Below are positions 18,739 through 26,185 of a stretch of 64,000 nt of DNA, one piece after another. The stretch spans positions 125,935 through 189,934 of the forward strand of contig CAYWDX010000001.1 in assembly GCA_964456235.1 (NCBI GenBank), given 5' to 3'. The translations under genes and the position numbers were made by a program. Origin of the DNA: an uncultured Candidatus Saccharibacteria bacterium. GTDB lineage: Bacteria; Patescibacteriota; Minisyncoccia; UBA6257; 2-01-FULL-56-20. The notes beneath the pieces are model-generated. The model was not told the DNA's origin. It was given only the letters and a program-made list of their open reading frames with translations, and did no database searches. Position 1 is the stretch's first letter, and each line of letters opens with the position of its first letter.

Positions 18739-18780
18739 GGCCATCCTCCTACTATTATTAAGTTTATCAAATCGATGCGG

Positions 18781-18852
18781 AGGCCTGGGCGGGAATCGAA
18801 CCCGCGTATAAGAGTTTTGCAGACCCTTGCTTTACCACTTAGCAACCAGGCC
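18781..18852 (-). tRNA. tRNA-Cys (anticodon GCA)
   Basis: Acceptor GGCCTGG/CCAGGCC, anticodon arm AGGGT-CTGCAAA-ACTCT, T arm GCGGG-TTCGATT-CCCGC. No encoded CCA. Confidence 0.9.
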
Positions 18853-18898
18853 GTTTGCTCCTATCTTACGCAAGACGCGCAGCTTTATCAAACCGCTA

Positions 18899-19228
18899 TT
18901 AAACGCCGCGGTTCAGCGTTTTTTCAACTGCCGCGGCATTTTCCAAACCGTGATCGACGACGAAAGAAATTTGCGGCATCGGTTTGATGTTGATTTTTTT
19001 CCATAAGAGATGCTGCAGCCGGCCGGTCGCGCTATTCAGGATCGCGAGTGCGCGCGCGGCCGCCTCCGATGGAATGACGCTCACCCGGACGGATGCATGA
19101 TCGAGTTTTGCATCAACATCAACGCTCGTTATCGTGACGAGCGCGCCGCCAAACTCAAGCTCGCGCACTATAATGTTGCTCAATTCCTCGCGTATCAATT
19201 TCCCGACCCTCTCCGAACGAAATTTCAT
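18899..19228 (-). CDS. rbfA: Ribosome-binding factor A
   Basis: MKFRSERVGKLIREELSNII... is a typical RbfA start. Conserved position downstream of infB. Confidence 0.9.
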   Translation of the reverse strand: MKFRSERVGKLIREELSNIIVRELEFGGALVTITSVDVDAKLDHASVRVSVIPSEAAARALAILNSATGRLQHLLWKKINIKPMPQISFVVDHGLENAAAVEKTLNRGV

Positions 19229-19253
19229 GCCGTTGGTGCGTTATCGTTGCGCG

Positions 19254-20870
19254 TTACTTGTGGATCACGAGCACGTCCCCCACCTGCACCGCGTGTTGCG
19301 AACTCAAGAGGACGCCGATTTCTTTTCCTTCTTCTGCTTGCGTGATTTCTGATTTCTTTTCGCGAAGGTTAAGGACGCGCGCCGTGCCGAGCGCCGTCTG
19401 GGCGACGTCTTCGTTCTTGCGGATGATGTTCGCCGTCGCCTTCTCGCGGAACATGCCCGCCGTAATTTTCCCGCCGACGAGTTGCTTGTCGAGTTTATCC
19501 TGGTTGAAGACGGCGAGAACCTCGAGCTTGCCCGTGACGGCCGGGCCGGCGCTTCCTTCCAAAAATTCTTGCACCGCTTTTTCGAGATCGTAGACAATCT
19601 TTGAGGTTATGATGGATACGCTCTGCGCTTCGGCGAGCGTCTGCGCGCCTTTCTCGACGCGGTTTTTGAAACCGACGATCGTGGCGCTGGTCGCGAGCGC
19701 GTGCTTCACGTCGCCGTCGGTGATGTCGCCGACGGATGAATCCACCATTTTCAATTCTTTACCGTCGGGATGTTTGATATTTCCGAGGACCCGCTCCAGC
19801 GCTTCAAGCGAACCGGCGTCGGATGCTTTAAGGACGAGGTTGAGCGTCTGGGGTTTTTTACCGCTACCGACATTGCCTGCGCCGTTTACATTGCCGGTCA
19901 CACTCGCGCCACCCGCGCCTGCTGCCGCCCCTTTATTATTAGCACCGGCCCCAGCCGTCTTTGTGTTTTGGGCAAGTCTTGATTCGGCATCTTTGCCGGT
20001 CGTGAACGTTTCACCAGCGCGCGGGAGTTCTTCGAGGCCGATGACTGTCGCGGGCGACGAGGCCGGTAGTTCAGCGATTGCCTCTCCTAAAAAGTTTTCG
20101 AGAATTTTTACTTTTCCGCGCACGATACTCCCTTCTGCGTTCCGGGAAACAATTTCATCGCCGCGCTTCACGACGCCATCTTTTATAATGACCGTCGCCT
20201 CAAGACCGCGCCGCGGATCCCGCCTCGCCTCCAAAACAAAACCCGATCCCGCGGCGCCTGGATCATACGTCAAGTGCTCCAAATCCGCCGCGAGCAACAC
20301 GAGGTCGAGTAATTCTTCCACGCCCGCGCCGGTTTTTGCAGAAATTCCCTGCGCACTCACCTGTCCGCCGTATCCCTCGAGCATGACGCCCGCATTCATC
20401 AAATCAACTTTTGCTTTTTCGAGCCCGGCGCCACCCGCCCCGACCGCGCCGCCTACTCCGCCATCGGCGAGCCGGTCAATTTTATTGAGCGCGACGATGA
20501 ACGGAGTTTTTGTTTCATCCAAAATCTGGATCGCTTCTTTGGTTTGCGGCTTCACGCCTTCGTCCGCGGCAACGACGAGGATCGCGAGATCGGCGATCGT
20601 CGCACCGCGCGAGCGCATGGCGGTGAACGCCTCGTGCCCGGGCGTGTCAATGAACGTAATTTTTCGCGCGGCGCCTTGGTGGCCCGCGGGCGCATGCTCG
20701 ATTTCATACGAACCGACCGCCTGCGTGATGCCGCCCGCTTCGCGCGCGGCGACATTCGCTTTGCGGATGTAGTCGAGGAGCGTCGTCTTGCCGTGATCGA
20801 CGTGGCCCATGACCACCACGATCGGCGCGCGTGTTTTTGTACCGCTTTTTGGTGCAGATTTGGCCTCCAT
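19254..20870 (-). CDS. infB: Translation initiation factor IF-2 (minimal form, G domain starts at about residue 16)
   Basis: GHVDHGKTTLLD, DTPGHEAF and NKID GTPase motifs plus IF-2 domains II to C2. Two G/A-rich low-complexity insertions. Promoter TTGATA-17-TATATT lies 9 nt before the ATG. Confidence 0.93.
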   Translation of the reverse strand: MEAKSAPKSGTKTRAPIVVVMGHVDHGKTTLLDYIRKANVAAREAGGITQAVGSYEIEHAPAGHQGAARKITFIDTPGHEAFTAMRSRGATIADLAILVVAADEGVKPQTKEAIQILDETKTPFIVALNKIDRLADGGVGGAVGAGGAGLEKAKVDLMNAGVMLEGYGGQVSAQGISAKTGAGVEELLDLVLLAADLEHLTYDPGAAGSGFVLEARRDPRRGLEATVIIKDGVVKRGDEIVSRNAEGSIVRGKVKILENFLGEAIAELPASSPATVIGLEELPRAGETFTTGKDAESRLAQNTKTAGAGANNKGAAAGAGGASVTGNVNGAGNVGSGKKPQTLNLVLKASDAGSLEALERVLGNIKHPDGKELKMVDSSVGDITDGDVKHALATSATIVGFKNRVEKGAQTLAEAQSVSIITSKIVYDLEKAVQEFLEGSAGPAVTGKLEVLAVFNQDKLDKQLVGGKITAGMFREKATANIIRKNEDVAQTALGTARVLNLREKKSEITQAEEGKEIGVLLSSQHAVQVGDVLVIHK

Positions 20871-20952
20871 AACCCGTGAAATATATCAAGAAATCTTGTA
20901 CTTATCAACCTATTTTGCTATTGTTCTTTTGTTTGATGGTGAGGTGTTTTAT

Positions 20953-21042
20953 GGAGGCGTGGCTGAGCGGCCGAAAGCAACTTCCTGCTAAGAAGTTAAG
21001 GGAGCAATCCCTTCGAAGGTTCGAATCCTTCCGCCTCCGCCA
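20953..21042 (+). tRNA. tRNA-Ser (anticodon GCU), the only tRNA here with an encoded CCA
   Basis: Acceptor GGAGGCG/CGCCTCC, anticodon arm ACTTC-CTGCTAA-GAAGT, long variable arm, T arm GAAGG-TTCGAAT-CCTTC, discriminator G then CCA (21040-21042). Confidence 0.92.
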
Positions 21043-21060
21043 GATTACCAACTTTGAACC
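21043..21060. repeat. Left arm of the islet-flanking inverted repeat
   Basis: GATTACCAACTTTGAACC. The reverse complement of 25363-25382 reads GATTGCCACAACTTTGAACC. 12 nt are identical (CAACTTTGAACC); 17 nt are identical across the full arms, with 1 mismatch and a 2-nt indel. Confidence 0.5.
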
Positions 21061-21104
21061 TAAGTAAAATAAGGGTATCTTGGATCAAAGATGTCATCAA
21101 AATT

Positions 21105-22163
21105 ATGAAAACTAAGTCCTTAAACAAAAATTTACATTCAGCAAGAACTGCTAAAACAGATGAGTTTTACACTCAACTTATTGATATTGAAAAAGAGGTA
21201 AAACACTATAAAGATCAATTTCGCGGTAAGGTTGTGTATTGCAACTGTGATGATCCGTTTGAAAGCAATTTTTTCCGATATTTTGTGCTCAATTTCAACA
21301 AGCTTGGATTAAAACGACTTATCACAACTAGTTACAAACCATCGCCTATCGCTAACACGCAATTAGGTTTATTCGGGAATGATAAGACTCTCGCAAAGAT
21401 AAAAGGTCGCCCTAAGGTAACTGCTAACAAATTTATCATTAATGAAGCGAAAGATATTGACGGTGATGGCGAATTCAACTTGAAAGACGTTGCTAATCAG
21501 TTAAAGGCAAACAAAAATAACGAGTGGACACCCCTTGAAGGAGATGGTGATTTTCGTAGTGAGGAATCCATAAATTTACTTAAACAATCCGATATTATTG
21601 TAACTAATCCACCATTTTCTTTATTCCGTGAATATCTAGCACAATTAATTGAATACAATAAAAAGTTTTTGATTCTCGGCGATCAAAATGCGGTTACTTA
21701 CAAAGAACCTTTTGGATACATTCAAAATAACAAGTTGTGGCTTGGTTATGATAACGGCGGTACAAAATGGTTTCAAGTTCCAATGGATTACGACATACCA
21801 ACCGAATCAAGAAAGAAAATTGAAAAAGGTATCAAATATTTTAGCATGGGAAGAATTTTGTGGTTTACAAATCTTGATACTACAAAACGACACGATAACT
21901 TAGTACTGTATAAAAAATATGCACCAAAGGAATTTCCTAAATATGACAACTTTGATGTTATAAATGTTGATAAAGTTTCTGACATTCCGATGAACTACGA
22001 CGGTGTTATGGGTGTTCCGATCACATTTGTTGATAAATATAATCCTAAACAATTTGAAATTTTAGGCATAGCAAATTCCGCAAGATGGATTGGTTATAAG
22101 TGCCTCACCCTCATTAAGGGTAGAAAAATATATAATCGCATTTTAATTAAAAGAAAAAAATAA
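21105..22163 (+). CDS. N6-adenine DNA methyltransferase, EcoRI-methylase-like family
   Basis: N-terminal KTDEFYTQ motif and catalytic motif IV IIVTNPPFSLF (NPPF). Start moved to the ATG at 21105 because the track TTG at 21054 lies inside the repeat arm. Stop lies 1 nt before the next gene. Confidence 0.8.
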   Translation: MKTKSLNKNLHSARTAKTDEFYTQLIDIEKEVKHYKDQFRGKVVYCNCDDPFESNFFRYFVLNFNKLGLKRLITTSYKPSPIANTQLGLFGNDKTLAKIKGRPKVTANKFIINEAKDIDGDGEFNLKDVANQLKANKNNEWTPLEGDGDFRSEESINLLKQSDIIVTNPPFSLFREYLAQLIEYNKKFLILGDQNAVTYKEPFGYIQNNKLWLGYDNGGTKWFQVPMDYDIPTESRKKIEKGIKYFSMGRILWFTNLDTTKRHDNLVLYKKYAPKEFPKYDNFDVINVDKVSDIPMNYDGVMGVPITFVDKYNPKQFEILGIANSARWIGYKCLTLIKGRKIYNRILIKRKK

Positions 22164-22164
22164 T

Positions 22165-23256
22165 ATGAAAATTAATCTACATAAAATTCAAATCCGTAAA
22201 GTTTTTGGTGGGTATAAGGATAGTGCCGAAGAGGGAGTCGTTGCTTATGGCGGTAAGCTGGATATTCGACCAAAATACCAGCGAGAATTCGTTTACAAAC
22301 CTGAACAACGCAATGCTGTTATAAATACTGTTCAAAATGAATTTCCACTTAACGTCATGTATTGGATAGAAAATAGTGCTGGTAAATATGAGTTGCTCGA
22401 TGGTCAACAGCGCACTTTAAGTATTTGTCAGTATGTTAATGGTGACTATTCAATTAATGACCGCTATTTCCATAATCTGACCAATGAAGAAAAAGATCAG
22501 ATTCTTGACTACGAACTCATGATCTATTTTTGTGATGGAACAGATAAGGAGCGTATTAAATGGTTCGAGGTGATTAATACGGCTGGTGAAAAACTTACAC
22601 CGCAAGAGTTGCTTAATGCCGTGTATACCGGATCATGGCTCTCAGATGCAAAATTAAAATTTAGTAAATCAGGCTGTGCCGCATATCTTTTGGCGAATGA
22701 CGATGGACAGTTAGTAAGTGGTTCTCCAATTCGGCAGGAATATCTTGAAACTGCATTATCTTGGATCAATAATGGCGATGTTGCTGGCTATATGGCAAAG
22801 CATCAGCACGACAAAAATGCTGAAAAGTTATGGGAATATTTCCAAAATGTAATTGCGTGGGTACGAAAAAATTTCACAAATTATCGTAAAGAAATGGCAA
22901 GTGTGAATTGGGGCGAGCTATACAACGAATTCAAAGATAAAAAGCTAACTGCTACCAAAATTGAAGCAGAGATTAGCAAATTAATGCAGGATGAGGACGT
23001 TACCAAAAAGTCGGGTATCTATCCGTATGTTTTGATGAGGCAAGAAAGGTATCTTTCGATTCGTGCCTTCACAGACAAAATGAAACGTGAAGCATTTGAG
23101 AGGCAAAATGGTAAGTGTTCATTTTGTAAGAAAAAATTTGATATTTCCGAAATGGAAGCCGATCATATTTCACCTTGGCACGAAGGTGGAAAAACCATAG
23201 CTCAAAATTGCCAAATGTTGTGCAAGCAGGACAATCGCACTAAATCTGGAAAATAA
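22165..23256 (+). CDS. DUF262 (ParB-like/GmrSD N-terminal) domain protein fused to a C-terminal HNH nuclease
   Basis: DUF262 signatures IRPKYQREFVY and LLDGQQRTLSI. C-terminal HNH: CSFCKK...ADHISPWHEGGKT..NCQMLCKQDNRTK. Confidence 0.8.
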   Translation: MKINLHKIQIRKVFGGYKDSAEEGVVAYGGKLDIRPKYQREFVYKPEQRNAVINTVQNEFPLNVMYWIENSAGKYELLDGQQRTLSICQYVNGDYSINDRYFHNLTNEEKDQILDYELMIYFCDGTDKERIKWFEVINTAGEKLTPQELLNAVYTGSWLSDAKLKFSKSGCAAYLLANDDGQLVSGSPIRQEYLETALSWINNGDVAGYMAKHQHDKNAEKLWEYFQNVIAWVRKNFTNYRKEMASVNWGELYNEFKDKKLTATKIEAEISKLMQDEDVTKKSGIYPYVLMRQERYLSIRAFTDKMKREAFERQNGKCSFCKKKFDISEMEADHISPWHEGGKTIAQNCQMLCKQDNRTKSGK

Positions 23257-23263
23257 AAACTTT

Positions 23264-24388
23264 TTAGGCTGGTTGAACAAATTTAACTCGAGGTCTTAAG
23301 TGGGAAAATTTTCTCCAAGCATCTTTTACACCCATTTCATGTAGTTCGTGTGCAACCCTTCCAGCAACTATAGCCGGAGATACATTAATCTCCTTTGCGA
23401 ACTTGATAATACGATCATCAGCAGAAACTCTGTCACCAGCTTTAAACTCATTAAACTTTGCATCAGAAATCAAAGTTTTACGTGCAAATTCATCGGCTTC
23501 TTTTTCTTTATCCGCTAATTCACTGTTTTCTCTTTTCTCAAACTCTATAAACTGGTCCTTTTTACCATGTTTAAGTAAATGGCCAATTTCATGAAAGAAA
23601 GTGAACCAAAAACGATCTATGTGAGCACCCCTCAAACTTACTTGTATAAGTGCTTTATCAGCTGAAAGCCATCTTGTAGCACCATCAACAAAAGTATTTG
23701 AAAAATAAGGCACAAAAGCAACAGCAACGCCAGATTCTGAACAAATCTCTTGTATGCCTTTTTCAATACCAGTAACATCTTTTTTGGTTAATGCCCGCAA
23801 ACTTTCAATTGAGTTTGTCAGCTTATCTTTATCAAAAGATTTAGTCTGTATTTTGTTTCCCTCGATCTCACCACATCTAAGCCATGCGGCAAGACATTCA
23901 TGCGACAAATTACTCTGTTTAGATTGTCTAAATGCAACCTGATGAGTTTTTTGGACAAATCCTAAAGAGCTTACACCAAAGAAGTTTAAGAGATTAAACA
24001 CCTTTTCTTTTGAATCTTTTGATTTTGGTACATAATTCCATTTTGCCAACTCTTTATAGCAATCAAATTTATCTAAGGAAGGCAACTCCTTTTCTAGCTT
24101 TTTATCTCTTTCAATTCTTGCCAATGTTTCCTGATAGCTTCTTTCAAGGCTATTCCAAAACACAGGAGACATGCCGAATACAGCAGAAAGCTTTAACGCT
24201 GTTTCCGGGGTAATAGGGTTCTTTCCCTGAATAATCTCATTGATTGTCTTTGGAGTAAGATCTGTTCTTGCGGCAAGATCAGTCTGGGTCATGTTTACGT
24301 TATCCAATAACTCCTTAAGAGTATTACCTGGATGAATTGCGATATTTGGATTGAAATCGTTTGTAGCCATATGTTTAGTGGTAATCAA
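23264..24388 (-). CDS. HigA-type XRE antitoxin fused to an ImmA/IrrE (M78) zinc metallopeptidase domain
   Basis: N-terminal HigA-like HTH (IHPGNTLKELLDNVNMTQTDLAARTDLTPKTINEIIQGKNPITPETALKL). C-terminal HEIGH zinc motif in an ImmA/IrrE context. Overlaps higB by 14 nt. Confidence 0.8.
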   Translation of the reverse strand: MITTKHMATNDFNPNIAIHPGNTLKELLDNVNMTQTDLAARTDLTPKTINEIIQGKNPITPETALKLSAVFGMSPVFWNSLERSYQETLARIERDKKLEKELPSLDKFDCYKELAKWNYVPKSKDSKEKVFNLLNFFGVSSLGFVQKTHQVAFRQSKQSNLSHECLAAWLRCGEIEGNKIQTKSFDKDKLTNSIESLRALTKKDVTGIEKGIQEICSESGVAVAFVPYFSNTFVDGATRWLSADKALIQVSLRGAHIDRFWFTFFHEIGHLLKHGKKDQFIEFEKRENSELADKEKEADEFARKTLISDAKFNEFKAGDRVSADDRIIKFAKEINVSPAIVAGRVAHELHEMGVKDAWRKFSHLRPRVKFVQPA

Positions 24389-24689
24389 TTATTTCAATAA
24401 TCATGACCTTGCTTATCGACTTTAGATCTTGAGGATCTCCATTTAAATAGGTGATGATTATTCGATACGGATGTTTGATATCTAAAGCATAACATTTTTT
24501 CAGCTTACCCTTTAACGGGTGCAGTCTGATTTGAGGAAGCTTCGATATATCAGACAGACTCTCCGCAGACAATAACTCATTAATCCTCTGGACTATCAAT
24601 TCTGCCTGAAGATGGCCGTATCTCCTCTTTAATAAGGCACCATCTTCGCAGGTTTTCTTGAGTTTTTTGTCTTTAAAGGAGAGTTCCAT
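24375..24689 (-). CDS. higB: HigB-family (RelE-fold) toxin, plasmid maintenance system killer type
   Basis: 104 aa. N-terminal FKDKKLKK, central LHPLKGKLKKCYALDI..PYRIIITY, C-terminal ...IIDYH, all characteristic of this family. Toxin-first gene order as in higBA. Confidence 0.75.
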   Translation of the reverse strand: MELSFKDKKLKKTCEDGALLKRRYGHLQAELIVQRINELLSAESLSDISKLPQIRLHPLKGKLKKCYALDIKHPYRIIITYLNGDPQDLKSISKVMIIEIIDYH

Positions 24690-24792
24690 TCTAATGCTAT
24701 AGGACGGTTATTAGAGTAAATCATTACTACCCGAGTGTAGCAAAACTCACTAAATATGTCAAATGTGGATAACCCAATAGGTTAATGATATT

Positions 24793-24820
24793 TTGACATT
24801 GTGCAGGAAGAGCATATAAT
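24793..24820 (+). promoter_or_regulatory. Near-consensus sigma70-type promoter (TTGACA-16 nt-TATAAT)
   Basis: TTGACA at 24793-24798 and TATAAT at 24815-24820, facing the DUF2188 ORF. Confidence 0.6.
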
Positions 24821-24876
24821 TGAAAACGTTTGAGGCTCGACAAACATTTTATCAAAAATAATTTTGCAAACGCCAA

Positions 24877-25110
24877 ATAGCCACAAAACAATACAAGCAA
24901 GTTTGGGTCAGTCCAATCGGTGATGATTGGAAAGTGAAAAGCGCCGGGGCTGATCGAGCTGCCGCAATCGTAGACACGAAAGCGGAAGCGGTGGAGCTAG
25001 CACGTGAGATCGCGATCAATAAGAAAGCAGAACTTATTGTTCAAAACGCAGATGGTGAGATTGGGTGGAGGAATTCGTATGGTCACGATTCTTTCCCTCC
25101 TCGGGGATAG
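24877..25110 (+). CDS. DUF2188-family small protein lacking a canonical start codon (ATA at 24877; possible pseudogene)
   Basis: The frame is open from 24862 and reads (I)ATKQYKQVWVSPIGDDWKVKSAGADRAAAIVDTKAEAVELAREIAINKKAELIVQNADGEIGWRNSYGHDSFPPRG*, matching the DUF2188 pattern (W.V....a.r....tK.eA...a...a....el.i...dG.i......g.Dp.PP.G). There is no in-frame ATG/GTG/TTG before 24934. Followed by two hairpins at about 25119-25143 and 25156-25182. Confidence 0.6.
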   Translation: MATKQYKQVWVSPIGDDWKVKSAGADRAAAIVDTKAEAVELAREIAINKKAELIVQNADGEIGWRNSYGHDSFPPRG

Positions 25111-25362
25111 TACAAAGAAAACTGACCAACGGCCAGTTTTCTCCGATTCTTATTCAAAGTCGTCCCGCAGTGGGCGACTTTGTTATTCTAACATGAACGT
25201 AAATTTATATTATCCACTTTTTAGTTGATCGAATAATCAACAACATTGTTTCCTTTATCCGATTTTGGCTTGGGAACTTCAAACCATTCAGGATGGACTT
25301 TGTAGATAGACCTTAATTTCTGTATACTTTTATCAAGATCCTCGAATTTGAGCCGTGTTTCT

Positions 25363-25382
25363 GGTTCAAAGTTGTGGCAATC
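25363..25382. repeat. Right arm of the islet-flanking inverted repeat
   Basis: GGTTCAAAGTTGTGGCAATC, the reverse complement of the left-arm sequence apart from 1 mismatch and a 2-nt indel. Confidence 0.5.
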
Positions 25383-25411
25383 GTCCCCGCAGCTGTTACA
25401 CTTACAACCAA

Positions 25412-26185
25412 CTACCGCAGAAGCAGGAACGCGAAAATGATTGCGAATATTATCCGGTAAACGCCGAATGAGGTGAACTTGTGGTTTTTGATGTAGTCCA
25501 GGAGAAATTTCACCGCGAAATAAGCGGTAACAAAGGCAACCAGAAACCCTGCGGCGAGCATGCCATAGCCGCCGCTCGCAATTCCGGCGTGGCTTTTATA
25601 AAGATCGTAGCCCGATGCCGCGATCATCGTAGGCACCGCGAGCAGGAATGAAAACTCGACGATCGCGCGGCGGCGCACGCCGAGAAGCATGCCGCCGACA
25701 ATCGTTGCCGCCGCGCGGGAGACGCCGGGTATGACGGCGAGGGACTGCGCGCACCCAATCAAGAACGCTTGTCGGTATGAAAGAGAGCGCGCTTCGCTCA
25801 CGTGAAATTCCTGCTCGCGATGGAACGCCTCGAACAAGATGAGGACCGCGCCGCCGAGGAGGAGCATCCATAAAATCAATATCGTATCTTCAAAGAAAAA
25901 ACCTTTAATGATTTTGTAGAGAACGAAGCCGATCACGGCGGTCGGGACGAAAGCGACAATGATGCGCTTGTTGGTCTCCCAGTCCGCGAGGAATCGTTTA
26001 GCGTAGAGTGCGACGACCGCAAGGATCGCGCCCAGTTGAATAAAAATTTCGAAGGTGGTCAGGAAAACCGTTTGCGGCAGTTTGAAAAGGTCTGCGATTA
26101 AGACTTGGTGTGCTGTCGACGATACCGGAAGAAACTCGGTCAAGCCCTCGATCGCGCCCAAGATAATGGAATGAAAAAGGGTCAT
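25412..26185 (-). CDS. uppP: Undecaprenyl-diphosphate phosphatase UppP (BacA)
   Basis: IEGLTEFLPVSSTAH motif and multi-TM BacA architecture. Confidence 0.92.
   Translation of the reverse strand: MTLFHSIILGAIEGLTEFLPVSSTAHQVLIADLFKLPQTVFLTTFEIFIQLGAILAVVALYAKRFLADWETNKRIIVAFVPTAVIGFVLYKIIKGFFFEDTILILWMLLLGGAVLILFEAFHREQEFHVSEARSLSYRQAFLIGCAQSLAVIPGVSRAAATIVGGMLLGVRRRAIVEFSFLLAVPTMIAASGYDLYKSHAGIASGGYGMLAAGFLVAFVTAYFAVKFLLDYIKNHKFTSFGVYRIIFAIIFAFLLLR

Larger units (their letters stand above)
21043..25382. mobile_element. AT-rich genomic islet abutting the tRNA-Ser(GCU) 3' end (defence/TA cargo, no recombinase; probable decayed integrative element)
   Basis: Abrupt drop in GC and change of codon style (by eye) starting at the base after the tRNA CCA and ending about 30 nt before the uppP stop. 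Bracketed by an imperfect inverted repeat. The cargo is typical of defence islands. Confidence 0.65.

Noticed and set aside
25004-25228. Track ORF 25004-25228 (+), 74 aa, GTG start.
   Set aside because: It is out of frame with, and overlaps, the much better supported DUF2188 reading frame. It also runs through two terminator-like hairpins. Its sequence has no features.
25100-25420. Looked for a direct repeat of the tRNA-Ser(GCU) 3' end (attR) at the right end of the islet.
   Set aside because: No match of 10 nt or more to CGAAGGTTCGAATCCTTCCGCCTCCGCCA was found by eye; only TCGAAT matches. An integrase-type att duplication therefore cannot be claimed, and only the inverted repeat is reported.
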